The notes: generated by a model from the sequence alone, not told the origin. Shown: positions 25,810-38,551, counted from the first letter of the whole stretch. The stretch: DNA of 57,913 nt, filler included, from Dimargaris cristalligena (GCA_003614675.1; 3 parts of 3 records of this genome joined end to end with filler, not necessarily neighbours in it); one strand, 5' to 3'. Translations and numbers: made by a program.

Positions 25810-27844
25810 ATGTCCGCCAGTAGTGAAGGCCACCCCAACCTGTCGTTTCCGTATACCAGCGACGATTGGGCCGGTCTGCCCGTCCATATCGTCCACACTC
25901 GACCGCATTCCGAACCCGTTTACCTTAGTTGGCTCACCCCGACGGACCCTGCCAAAGTGGCGCATTCCCGCTCCCATTCGCTTTCCCCTTCGGCCCTGGG
26001 CCGCCGAAGGGGCTATTCCCATTATTCCCCGGCGGCTCCATTGGTCTCCTTTTCGGACATCTCACGACTGTCCCTGGGCCCGGGTGCCTTGAGTTCGGAC
26101 CAGTTTTGGGCTTTACCGGCCCCGCTGTTCGACTCAGCAGTGCATGACTGGAGTCAGCCGACTGAACCTGACCCTGACCCCGACCCTGTCTCTACCTCGT
26201 CCACGAAATCGTCGTCGTCATTGTCACTGGCCCCGGCTAGGCCACCTCCCCCATTAGACCCAGGACCGGAGGTATTACCGTCCCGTTCAATCCACCCACC
26301 ACGGCCACTACGTGGTCTCGCTCCTGCTTCTTCTCTTCCCCTCAGTGGGTCGGAGGATACCTCGGATAAGGGCCTCACTGCCCTACCAATAAGTGGAGGA
26401 GGAGGACCTTGGTTCCCTTCAAGTCAACTTCCCGATTTTGCACCAGGAGCCCGCGACAGCCAATTTAGTTTTACTTCCCAAACGGCGCCTCCTCCCACTC
26501 ATTTAGCCAGTCCACTAAGAGATCTTCCAACCTACAGTTTATCTACTGATCACCCTCACCCTCATCATTATCAGCAATCACAGCCTCAGCCACTGCCACA
26601 GCATCTTCTAACTGGTCCCTCGGTGACTGGAGGTCATTTGGGAACTGACCCGCCACCACACCCCCTCCTCCAATTACCGTTTCCATTGACTCAGCCATCT
26701 ACTACTACTACCACCCAGAAGATGTCCCCCGTGACTGTTGGCGCCCATCCCCCCCACCAGGCCCAGCGGGTTGTTTCCTACCCAACGATGGCGGACCCCG
26801 TAGTCGCCAACTTACAGTACCAGCTCCTCGCCCTGCAATTAGAGTTAGTACAGTGTAAAGAACGGCAGGCCCAGGAACTTTTGCAACGGGAGCGGCGGCT
26901 GTCTCAGATTATGAATCACTATTATCGCGAAAAACGGCCGGCGGGACCTTCTAAGTCCGGTGACTCCGTCGCGTATGTCTCGTCGATACTGGAGGATGTC
27001 ATTGCGGCTTATGAGAACCGGCTAGCGGCGGTATCGACCGAATCCCGGGGGTCTCCCCCACCTGTTGTCACTCATCCCTTGGACTTGGATCCATTCCGGA
27101 CACACTACCGGCCCCCGCCGTCGTCAGGTAATCGGCCTACCCAATCCCAAGCCCCAACTCCAACTCCAACTCCAGCCCCAGCTTCCCAACCAACACCATC
27201 ACCCCTTCCTTACCCACCGAAATTAGAGGGATCACCACCCCCCGGTCGTAATCCGGAAGTAGAGGCCCTGCGCCGGGAAAACGAGCTACTCCAACTGCAG
27301 CTTCTGGCTTTTAACCAGGCCCAGCCCCGGTGGCGGACTTCAGGAGGACCTGCCTCCGACCCTCAACAGGCCAATAATAAGGCTCGTCTAACACGGGCGT
27401 TTATTCACCAGGATAAACTGTATTGGAAGTACCAGCTTTGGAAGGTCGACGACCTGGATGAGGACGAGTGTCGTAGCCTAATCAAAGTAAGTCATATATA
27501 CACCCGTGAATCCCCCCCCCCTTTGATGGTGTAGCCCTGCGTGGATTGTGGTTGATGGACAGACAGGTCATTTGGATCAAGACTCCCAAATCAATGATAG
27601 TTTGGTGTAATTTTAGCGCATCGGCCGACCTTCTTAGCCCTCCTCTACTCACCCACTCATTTGCTTACTTATTTACTCTGCTGCTCTTTTGGCGGATATC
27701 CAGGAATTTATGTTATTGTTCAAAGTCAATGATCCGCGACATCTCATGACATGGCTCAGTCTCCGCCGCCACAAGAGTGACGCCAAAAGGCCACCTCGCT
27801 CCCGTGATCAGAACCCAGCTCGTGTGGAGCCTCGGGAAGCGTAA
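25810..27844 (+). CDS. Hypothetical Pro/Ser-rich protein with coiled coils; exons 25810-27486 and 27704-27844
   Basis: Long ORF with heptad segments (LQYQLLALQLELVQCKERQ; EVEALRRENELLQLQL). The GTAAGT donor at 27487 and CAG acceptor at 27703 continue in frame (RSLIK|EFMLLFKV) to TAA at 27842. Confidence 0.7.
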
Positions 27845-28802
27845 TTGGGGGGGGGGGATACAGGCATGTACGTAGCGTGAAGCCGTAGAGAGAGAGCATA
27901 TGTGAGAGTGGTGGTGACTAGGACTTTTGGTGAAGACTATTGTTTCCCTAGATTGTATTTTATTTGTCGGGACACACCGCACCCCTTCTCCCCTTTGCCT
28001 AGTCCCGATTAGATGCAGTGATGAATCAGCCGATCGATTGAACCCACCGCCCGTCTTTACGACTGAGACCCGCGTATTATACTTGCTGGTATTTATGTTC
28101 CTATTAGTTTGTACACCACCTCTGGATTTTCAACATGCGTTTGGAGTAATAGCCTACATGGGGTTATAATTTGGCATCGGAATGGCTATCTAAGATAAAG
28201 GCTACTGTTGTTGTATGGATGAAACCGGTCCAGTATGTACGAAGGGGGGGGCTCTGAAACCAATTCGTTGGAGGGGCACTGAGAATGGCCGCACAAAACT
28301 TGGCCATTGAGGTGGGTTAACGAACAGGCTGACGGACATGTGGTTGGTGCAGAGGAGTGCGTAATCTAGTCGAGTTCCATTATCGGAGGAGATTCTCGTG
28401 TATGATTTTATTATTTATTGTTGTATTATAATACCACCCCCACAGATGCCGTATGGGTTACGTAGGGGAAAGTGACTATGGTATTCTCCAGCTAACCCTC
28501 TAACACTGTGTATTGGATATTCGGGGATGTGACAGTGTTTTAGTAGGTGGAGAGAATGAAATGCTGCTTGTTCTATATTAGAGTGGGCGAACACAGCCAG
28601 TTAAGTTGCTTAATAATATAATCTCCTTTCAGCCTATCCGTGGATTTTCTTGGTAGAGGTCCTCCCCAGTTGGCTGTGCATTCCACCTTTTTCCCCTTTT
28701 CTTTATTACACTCTACTATTCCTACTACTACTCCTTTTTAAGGTCTTATTACGGGGCTTCCTCCGTTGTTTCTTGTTTGTTGCCGGTTTACTTGTGAATG
28801 CT

Positions 28803-30099
28803 ATGACCATGGCCACCTCACCGCAAATCGCCACGTACGACCAACTGCTCCAGCTGGCCCGTGCCCAGCCCAAATTCTCCCCCCGGCTCCTGGAGGCCAT
28901 CCGAATTGTCGAAGAGGCCCTTGATAAATACGGGTAAGTTTTTCCTACGCCTTCCCTTTCGGGCAAGGTTGCACCCCCACGGCCCCGCCCGCTATTCATT
29001 CCCAGCTTCCTTTGCCCGTATATAGTCTCTCCCACGAACTCCGGCTAGGTGCTCCCAACTATAACCCAGTTCACAGCTCTATGCTACAAGTTGAAGCATT
29101 CCTTCCTACCCACTAAAACCTCTACGGCTGCTATCTCGGCTGTTATATACTCCCCCTCCCCTCCTCTCCCATTTTCTTTCACCCACTCGACTAGGCTCGA
29201 ACACATCGCCGTCAGTTTCAATGGCGGCAAAGACTGTACTATACTGCTCGAATTGGTCTCGGTCATTGCCGCCCACCGGCGCCCGACCTCAGCCTCTCCG
29301 CTTAAGCTCATCGCATCCTACGTAACTCACCCGGACGGCTTCCCCGAGGTGGACCAGTTCGTTGATGAAGCGGTCCAGCGCTATAATTTAGACCTCGTCA
29401 AAACCGCAGGTCCCCTCAAACAAGGGCTTACCGAGTTCATGCAGTTGCGTCCCCATATTCAGGCCATGGTGGTGGGGACCCGTCGGACCGACCCCCACGG
29501 GGCTACCATGCACCATTTTGAACCCACCAACGGCGACTGGCCCCGGTTTATGCGGGTGAACCCGGTCATCAACTGGTCCTATACCGAAGTATGGACGTTT
29601 CTCAAGCAGCTGCACGTACCCTACTGTTCCCTGTACGACAAAGGGTAAGTCGTTTCCCCACGAAGATGGTCATATATATACATACATGTATAGTATTGGT
29701 AGTATCCACTAAAGCTCATCCGTCGCCGGTACCTTGGAGAAGGGATACGAGTTCCTTTACGCCGGCCCGAACATTACCTTGACTGGGACTACGGTCCATT
29801 CACCTACAGACTTTCTCTCACTCTCACTCTCACTCCCACTCATCCTCGATCCCCTTATTGTGTCATTACCACCCGGACCCTCCCTGCACTCTAGGTTTAC
29901 GTCACTCGGGGAAACGCGGTCCACCAAGCCCAACCATGCCCTTGCGAACCCCAGTCTGTTGTGTGGCTATAATCCCGCGTGGACTCTAACCGACTGTAGC
30001 CGTGAACGGTATGGCCGGAGTACACCGGTGACTAGCGGCGAAATCAAGTCATTTAACGGGTCATCTCGGAATGTACCCCCTCAATCCCAACAAAAATAA
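28803..30099 (+). CDS. FAD1: FAD synthetase (FMN adenylyltransferase, PAPS-reductase family); exons 28803-28933, 29195-29644, 29895-30099
   Basis: Motifs SFNGGKDC, GTRRTDP, FMRVNPVINWSY, YCSLYDKG|FTSLG and a C-terminal ER.GR. Both introns are GT-AG and phase-consistent. Confidence 0.93.
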
Positions 30100-30510
30100 T
30101 AGACACTAGTCCGGCAGCCATTCAATATCCCCTCAACTGCTCTGTGGTATATCCCCTTCATGTAATTAATTTTAATTAAATTCACTCTGACAATGAGATG
30201 AAAGGACTGCTCTTTTATGTTCAATGAGAGTTGTTATCATATTTTGGGATTTGTTTAGTTAACTATGAAGAGTTATAGTGGGCGCTCCAAGGAAAATAGT
30301 GGTCGGATAGCTTAGGCTATTTACTTTGATTTAGAATGCCCCAACCAGAGCAGGGTTTTGCTGTTGTTCATCTACTCAAGGGTATATATTTTATAAAGCG
30401 CCCAGAATGCCCTATGCTACCCTGTCCAAGCATAAATTTGCTTAGTATTATATATCGACATTCAAAGCCCTCAATGCCGGCCTCGAACCTTCTAACATAT
30501 ATATATATAT

Positions 30511-30646
30511 GGGTGGCATTCAGCCAGGCTGTATAGCGAAAAATCCGTTGGATGAGGTAAATCCTACTGGTCAAAGTTGAATAACCCGTCTATTATTCTA
30601 GGCATATACCTTTTAAACCCCTATATAACCGGATCAAAGTTCGCCC
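30511..30646 (+). mobile_element. 136-bp MITE-like element, copy A
   Basis: Imperfect ~25-bp terminal inverted repeats (GGGTGGCATTCAGCCAGGCTGTATAG...CTATATAACCGGATCAAAGTTCGCCC) with ATAT on both sides. Colinear with 38912-39047. Confidence 0.75.
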
Positions 30647-30850
30647 ATATAAATATATATGGGTTGGAAGAGGGACGGGGTGAGGTGGGTTGGGGTCCCG
30701 ATGAGCCTTTAACAGCCGAGTAGACCATTCATGAGATACTACTTGCTGACCTTCCCCTAGTGTTGTCGGTTAAAAAGCACGAGTGATAATTCTACATGAT
30801 CGATTTAATCGACGGAATGACATTGGCGTCTTTCAGTGGAATCTTGGCCG

Positions 30851-30923
30851 AGAAGAGGGGAGACGACGAGGTAGAAGAGGGGAGACGACGAGGTAGAAGA
30901 GGGGAGACGACGAGGTAGAAGAG
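30851..30923 (+). repeat. 22-bp tandem repeat, about 3.3 copies
   Basis: AGAAGAGGGGAGACGACGAGGT three times in perfect tandem. Confidence 0.95.
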
Positions 30924-31488
30924 AGGAGAAGAGAAGAGGAGAGGAGAAAAGAAGGGAAGAAATATGGACCTCATTGATGGTGGTAAGTCCGTAGGCTAAT
31001 CGTCTATATAGTGTTGTATGAGCCCCCTGATTGTATCGCCGTTTTCTCGAATGGGACCTAGAGACCATGACGACTCTACGGCACTGGCCACTACTACTCT
31101 TTTGGTCTGGCATGATGGCGAATGTACCCAAAGTGAGGGGAAAGGGGGACTCTGTCATCCGATTAAAATTGGCGGGTTGTATGAGAAGGGGGTGTCCGGC
31201 TGTCTTAACGAGTGTGGGGCTCAAGAGCAAGGCTTATTTATACTATGGGGTCGGCAGCCATTGACAGAATTAATATTTCCTATTCATTTGACATCTCTGT
31301 AAATTTAGAGACATTTCCACCAACTCTGCATCCTCAACTGTGACTGCTTATTACTCGGTTTCAAGGCCTTTTAGATATATTCTTTCAATTGCATACCAGC
31401 ATTTTGACCAGCCCCGAGGACCTTCCATCACTCCTCCCCTCCTTCCTTCCTTCTTTCTTTCACAATTCCATCTCGCCTTTTAAACCGC

Positions 31489-32686
31489 ATGTATCATCCA
31501 TCATTTGCCGCGCTTCTAACTCTCGGGGGTTTAGCTGTCCTTGTTCACGCCGCTCCCGCTCCCCTCAATTCCATCACCATCAGCCAAGTGAATCTCGTCT
31601 CCTCCGATAAGCCCACCAAAAAAGCCGACCTCAGCACCGCCCCGGTAACCCCCGTATACCTGCCCATCCAAAAGCCCCTGCGGTTCATCTCCCGCTGGGG
31701 TCGGGACGACGTGAAGATTTACGAGCGTCTTCCCGTCCCGACCACAACCCAACGGGTGCTCATCGTGGGGGACATCCACGGCATGTTCCAACCCTTTGCG
31801 GCTCTGATCAAGGCCATGCATTACAACCCCATGACGGACCTGCTTATTCTGTTGGGGGATTTGATCAACAAGGGACCCGAGCCCCACAAGGTGGTCGAAC
31901 ACGCCCGCAAGTTAGGCGCCAAGTGTGTGCGGGGTAATCATGAGGACCGCTTTTTCTTCGAAAGGCATAGGCGGAACAATGATTTACCCATCCCGGAGAA
32001 ACTCGATCTGTTCCCCGAGACCGTACGGTAAGTAATTGGTTCCATTTAATTTTGGCGAAGGGACACGCCACCTCATTAGAGCGCTTGTCCCCTTAATAGT
32101 CTGACATGCCCGACGGACCCACAGCTGGGTTGGTTGATGGTAGCCTGGTATATTAATTAACCCTGGACTATGCGCTTTTCCCTGCGTCGCGGTATTGGGC
32201 AACCTACCTACTATACGCCCCCACTTTAATAGTCAGCTCACCGAGGAAGATATTACTTACCTCGCCGGCTGTTCCACGGTGATCCATTTAACCCAGTCGT
32301 ACGGTCCCCTGGGGGAAATCATCGCCGTTCACGCCGGTCTACAAGTCACTCGATCTCTCGATGCCCAGAAAGCGGACCGGGTCCTGAATCTACCCGAAAT
32401 CATTGATTGGTCCACCTACGACCGGACGTTCGCTACGCGACTCTGGCAGGACGACTGGGAACAAGCCGTCGACCCCGACCGGCCGCGAACAGTATTTTAC
32501 GGCCACGACGATGACCAGGGTCTCCAAATCCGCCCCCATAGTAAGGGCATCGACACGAGTTGCTTCCGGGGTAACCAGCTCACGGTCTATGAATTGCCGG
32601 CGACGAAACTGACATCGGTTAGTTGTGCCCCGGACAGTGACTATAGTCCCGTGGTAAGGGAGGATGAGACCGTACATTTCCATTAA
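31489..32686 (+). CDS. Secreted calcineurin-like metallophosphoesterase (Ppn2/YNL217W/ApaH-like); exons 31489-32027 and 32233-32686
   Basis: Signal peptide (...GGLAVLVHA-AP) and motifs IVGDIHG, LGDLINKGP, VRGNHE, AVHAG, FYGHD, GIDTSC. Intron 32028-32232 is in phase. Confidence 0.88.
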
Positions 32687-33248
32687 AAGTGGGTAGAGTA
32701 AGGCTATCGACTGGCACACTGAAAATGTGTGCTATAGTTATGCTCATCGGGTTGGGGACCTACCTCCTGTTGCTTTCGAGCCCATTATGAACTCTAGACG
32801 GCTCCTCGGGTATATTCGTATTTAGTGGCGGCTCGCGGTAACTCGCTATTACAAGTATAATGCCCTCATTAGAACAGATTAGAACTGCCCTATTCCCTGA
32901 TATATAACCTCAAATAAAGCGTATGCATACTCTCACATTTGGGCTGGATATAATGAAAGGTCGACCTGGTGGATGCATTATAATAGCCCTAATCATTAGT
33001 AGGTATGAAGCATTCCCACTTAAAAGTTAGGAGGTTTTTTTTTCGCAAGGGGGGCATCATCTAATTTGGGTATATTAGGCCCCACTTCTGTCATTCTTTG
33101 GTTTGGCTTATCTTGGGTTGGTTAGATTCCGCCATGTGAATAATATGAAGGGAGGTCAGTCGGCTACTAACCCCGCTTTTTGTGCCTCCGCAATATCGAC
33201 TTATATCAGAGCTATTTACGAGCATTGGTGTCGCTTCGTATAACTTAT

Positions 33249-33385
33249 GGGTGAAATTCGGCCCAACTGTATAGGGTTATAAATTAAATGTGTACGGGTT
33301 AATAGGTGGAGCGTTTATTTTCAACTGGTAGTATTTGCCTCTTCAACTGATTTTTCGTTATATACAGCCTGGTCCAAACCTTTCC
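33249..33385 (-). mobile_element. MITE-like element, copy C (reverse orientation, diverged)
   Basis: Aligns along its length to the reverse complement of copy A (GGGTGAAATTCGGCCCAACTGTATAG...GATTTTTCGTTATATACAGCCTGG). Confidence 0.7.
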
Positions 33386-33593
33386 GTTTTTACGAGATGG
33401 GCTGTAGTGACACCCTCGTGAAAGCTAGAGAGAAAAGGGGTAGGCTAAACCGAATTGCCGGCGGTATAGTTTCGTAGGTAAGTTGTATCCCAGTAGCAGT
33501 CAGCCTTGCGCACGGTGGTATCTTACCAATACGTTCAATAAGGTATGGGGGAAGTGGAGGAATGAGCCGTACCGAGCTATAAGGCTATTCCTG

Positions 33594-33752
33594 GGGCGAG
33601 CCTCGACTCAATTCCAGAAGACTTTAGATGTCACATAGTATATATATATATATATATATATATGTAGGGAACGGGGTAGGCCATTCTTTTAGCCTGTATT
33701 ATCTTTCCCGCTAAACGGATTTTTCGCTATATCACCTAGCTAACTGTTTCCT
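33594..33752 (-). mobile_element. MITE-like element, copy D (reverse orientation, with an internal (TA)n expansion)
   Basis: Shares AACGGATTTTTCGCTATA and flanking similarity with copy A. Left end GGGCGAG; the extra length matches the (TA)n run at about 33639-33663. Confidence 0.55.
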
Positions 33753-36094
33753 GTATTGAAATAATGGCAGACACTGGGCATAAATATAACCGAATAAACA
33801 AGCTCGCATGTATCATATTTCCCAACTACTGCTAATTACACCAGGAAATACTGTAAGGATATAAATGTGATGGTGGTTATTGATGAATCCTTCGAAGTGC
33901 CAAGCCAATATAACAGATGCTTTGGGTAGAAAATTGAGAGGCTGGACGATAATCCCTAGTTCTTCCGATACATTCCCCCCTCATTATATTGAATATTCCT
34001 GATCAATATGGTCCAGGCACCCCGAAGAAGATTTTGGCTGTCGGTTAATGTCCTGACACCAAAGCATCCCTTGAGCCAAAATGGGGCTGAAATGACACGG
34101 GGTTTTCCTGGAGCCGTCCAGCGATCTAACTTTGGTCGCGCGCTCTGTTACAGAGGGAAATCAGGGTGATGAGAGGGAGGGCTCACTATCGATAAGAACA
34201 ACCCCATGCCAGGGTTGTGGGACAAAGATGGTGTCTAGATAACATCAGTAGTTGAACTCTACAGTAAGGGTCTTGGTGCGACCCGTTCGTTCTAAAACCC
34301 CTCACCATTCCCGGCCCCCAAATCATCCGGCTGTGAAGGTCACCTGGAGTAGCTATGGTAACAGTGAATACTTTACACCAGCGGCCAAGGGAGATGAGTC
34401 AGCTCCTAAATAAACCCCCAATGATAGGGATATACGAACAAATAGTGCGCTCAAGGCCAGGGAACTGGAATCGGTATGGAGAGTAAACTGTGACTGTGAC
34501 TGTATCTGTATGTACATACCGGATTTATTCCAACAAGGCGTGCATTCCACACACATACACACACACACAAACCCCTTACTTCTCGGCCACCTTATCCCCC
34601 AAACTGAACCGACGTGTACACGCCCCAAGGGGATTTGTATTGTCCTTAACTGGGTTTTGGGCCACCAGACTGCCTTGTAGTACCCAAGTATTCCTAGATT
34701 GCCCTTTTGTATGGTCCATTTAGAAATATAATCCACTGGAAGCGGAGGTAAGGTTCGAATTCGAATTATGGTTATTCGACCTGTAATCTGTATATACCAA
34801 GGATGTGCCTTCTACATATGCACCCCTGGCTTATAGTCCCAGGAAGTAGGGCGGGTGGTAGCACATCCCATCTCGTAAAGGTGGCTTGTATAAACAGCAC
34901 ACGATGAGCATGATAGTGGACAAATCCGAGTAATCCATACGCTCCATTGTTGTGTGTATTGGCTTCCGAACCAAGTCCCAAAAAGAGAACGTATGCCAGG
35001 TAGAGAGAATGACATGGCCCTGGGCAGTATCCCTGAAACGTATGTGATATAATGCGCTAATGAGTCAGGCCAATCATGGTGGGCCAAAAGCTTACTAGGT
35101 CCGTCACGTGCAATGAACGGGATTCCTAAAATAGACGGATAGTGAGTGTGTGGACTCGGCTGTTTGTGACTAATTATATTTATATCTATATAATATATAT
35201 ACTGGCCCTGATTAAAAGTACCTCCCCCCCACAACAACTGGACAGACGATGATGGGGGTCGCGCGGCGCTGATTAAAGAGCCTAATAATGCAATGGCGGA
35301 ACTAACCGGAGGAACAGGCGGGGAAGAGTTCCTGATAAAACCAAACGAATGCGGGAGGGTCATGTGGTGGGCCTCGCTGAAGTTGGCCGTTGCCTTGTCG
35401 GGCCAAGTGGCATAATTCAATATAGGCCAATCTCCGTAAATTACTCCAGAGACACCTTCCCCCCCTATCATTTTATCGGTGGGCCAATGGGTAGCATTAA
35501 CCAGCGCAATTTATACCCACACTCACCCCATACATGCAGGTCGTTTGGTTAAAAAAGGATCCCTTCCAGTAGTTATCGGGGATATCAGTAGAGATAGGCT
35601 TATTATATATTAAGTAATGGGAGAAACGGAGGCTATTTATCGGATCAATCGTCATCAGTACTCCGGTTGATGGCTGCGATTACAGGCCGATCCGACCGAG
35701 CCGATAAAGGAGTTTCTCTATTGAATATATATGCTACTGTGCTTATACTATAGGGTGGATATATCATCAGGTTATGTGGAGCGGGTGACCCGCCAATCAC
35801 TAGGGTCAAAACGAACCACTACCATTGTACTGCCCATGCTTCTGATTCCAGAAGTCCCTTAGCCCTCCTCTCCTGTTTCGCCAGTCCGAACGGGAGAAGG
35901 ATGATAATGACGGGAGGGAGGAGGGGACGTTGAGGGGAAATCAAGCAGGCGCCGCGATACACCCGCACCCGCGCCCCCCTAGTTGAGTTGTTAGGCCCCG
36001 CGCATTCACCCTCCCTCCCTTTCGCTCAGGGAAGATTCCGGTACTGAAACCACAAACCAGCGGTGGTGGTTGTATGCTATATGCGCCTAAATCC

Positions 36095-36510
36095 TATATA
36101 ACCTGACCGTGCCCCCCCCCTCCCTCCTGCCTTCTACTCATACCATTTCATCTTCCTTATCTGTCCCTGCTTTGTTTCATTAGGGTTTATCCTGCCGCCC
36201 CTTGATCCTCTCCCCCGTTATCATCCCCACTGTTCTAACCCCCCCCCACACATTCTAGTTCAATTGTAAGTCACACAACCTTCCTCCCTCTGCCTGCGCA
36301 TTGCCGTCGTCCGTTCCTGATCTCGTGTATTCTGTAGCTGGTGTGACTGGTTATATTACCCGTTCTTGTTCTTCCTCCGATTCTCGAAGGAACTCTCTCG
36401 CTGCTCTGCTGATTCAACTTAACCTCCCTCCCACTGTAGTGACTAATCCTTGACTTTCCATCCAACCCGGCTCCATCCCCCCTCCCATTACCCCCTCCCC
36501 CCCATTGCAG
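36095..36510 (+). promoter_or_regulatory. GSIII TATA box (36095-36101) and putative 5'-UTR intron (36266-36510)
   Basis: TATATAA followed by a pyrimidine-rich leader; GTAAGT donor and TTGCAG acceptor 13 nt before the ATG. Confidence 0.55.
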
Positions 36511-36523
36511 TTTCATCTTCACC

Positions 36524-38551
36524 ATGACTGACGTTCGCAAGGCCGCTCTCCTAGGTGCCGTCCAGCGCCCCGCCCGCACCGTCTCCTTCCCCAAGGTGGA
36601 CGGTAAGGCCGTGTACCCCTCCGAGCTCTTTAACGAGATGGTATTCACTACCAAGGATATCTCCAAGGCCCTCCCCAAGCCCCTCTTCGGTGAGTTCATG
36701 AAGCAGAAGCGCGGTCACCAGATCCTGTCCAAGGCTACCGCCGACGCTATCGCCCACGCCGTCCGGGTCTGGGCCATGGACCGGGGTGCCACCCACTTCA
36801 CCCACTGGTTCCAGCCCCAGACTGACTCGACCGCCGAGAAGCACGACTCTTTCCTCACATTCCAAAGCACTCCCGGTGGTGAGGTAAGTTCATATATATT
36901 CCCCCATTACAACTTTCTTTGTTGGCATTGCTTCTAATTATCCTGCTATATAGTGGCCATGTGGTTGATCCATTCCTCCCCGTCCATTGTAAAGTTCGTA
37001 TGCTTGCCCTCCCGAGTCGAGTCGCTGACAGATTGAGCTTCTCTTTCTGTCTCATCTGGCAATCCTCTCAGCCTCCCTCAGCCGAGGTTCCGGCTCCCCC
37101 CTCCCGCTTATCTGTTCCGGGTCCTTAACGCGCCACTTTGCTGGATTGGGGTGGGGTGGGGTCTAATGCTGGCTATTTTCAGCTGCCCCCTGGCCCAAGC
37201 CGGCGAGAGAGACCCTAGTGGGTTTCACTGGGTTCCGATTCCACCCCATCCAATAAAAGGACTGCTTTCCCCGCGCGCCCGGGTCTCCTGGTTGGCGTAG
37301 AGTGTGACGTGGGGGAAGCGTGAGGGGACGGAGATACGGTGGCTGAAGGGACTAATGGCCGAGTCGGATTAAATTGGATCGGATTGGGTTATCTTTTTTT
37401 CTGTCTGCCCCCCATTAATTTTAAGGGAGAGGAGGGTTGGTGTAATTCCCCCCAATATTGGTGGTGGGCTGAGTAGTGTGGGAATGGTGGTGGTCATCGA
37501 TTTTAATTTAGCATCGATTACATGACAAGCCTACCCAACCCAACCCGACTATTCGCCTGCTCCACTTATACTATACCCAATATTTCCATGACCAATAACT
37601 GCGGCACATTCTCTAACCCACCCACTTATATTTATATTTGCCATGCCTTCCTTAACTGCATTTATTGGCCAAATACCCACTCCCTCCGAACACTCAACAG
37701 TACTCTGCCATCGACGCCTTCTCCGGCTCCCAGCTGCTCCAGTCCGAGCCCGATGCCTCCAGCTTCCCCTCCGGTGGTATGCGGAGTACCTTCGAGGCCC
37801 GTGGCTACACTGTCTGGGATACCTCCAGCCCCATGTTCATCCAGCAGGGCCCCAACGGCACCAAGATCCTGTATATTCCCTCCGTGTTCATCTCCTACAA
37901 CGGTGAGGCTCTGGACGAGAAGACCCCCCTGCTCCGCTCCTGCGCTGCTGTCTCCAAGGCCTCCGTCGAACTGTTGGCCCTCATCTCCCCCCGTTCTCTG
38001 ACCTCCCAGACCCCTACCGCCCAGGTCACCACCACTCTGGGTACCGAACAGGAGTTCTTCCTGATTGACCGCAGCATGTACTCTCTGCGTCCCGATCTCA
38101 AGATCTGCGGCCGTACTCTCCTCGGTAACCTTCCCCCTCGTCACCAGCAGATGGAGGACCACTACTTCGGTAACATCCCCTCCCGCGTGCTGTCCGTCAT
38201 GAGCGAGATGGAACTTGAGCTCTACAAGCTGGGTGTCCCCCTCAAGACCCGTCACAACGAAGTCGCCCCCGCCCAGTTCGAGGTGGCTCCCATCTTCGAG
38301 GAGGCTGCCGTCGCGGTTGACCACAACCTGCTGACCATGGAGGTCCTGCACAAGGTGGCCCACCGTCACGGCCTCAAGGCCCTCTTCCACGAGAAGCCCT
38401 TCAAGGGTGTCAACGGATCCGGTAAGCACTGCAACTGGTCCCTTAGCACCGACCGCGGCGAGAATCTGCTGGACCCTACCGTCAAGCCTGAGACCAACTA
38501 CCGCTTCCTGCTCTTCCTGGTGGCTGTCCTGGACGCCGTCCACAAGCACGC
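36524..38551 (+). CDS. Type III glutamine synthetase (GSIII), 3'-truncated; exons 36524-36883 and 37701->38551
   Basis: GSIII-specific motifs ATHFTHWFQP, AEKHDSF, EPDASSFPSGGMRSTFEARGYTVWD, GTEQEFFL, HNEVAPAQFE, HEKPFKGVNGSGKH. 817-nt GT-AG intron in phase 0. Confidence 0.96.

Noticed and set aside
30851-30923. Repeat array that might suggest CRISPR
   Set aside because: Perfect head-to-tail tandem with no spacers, in a eukaryotic context.
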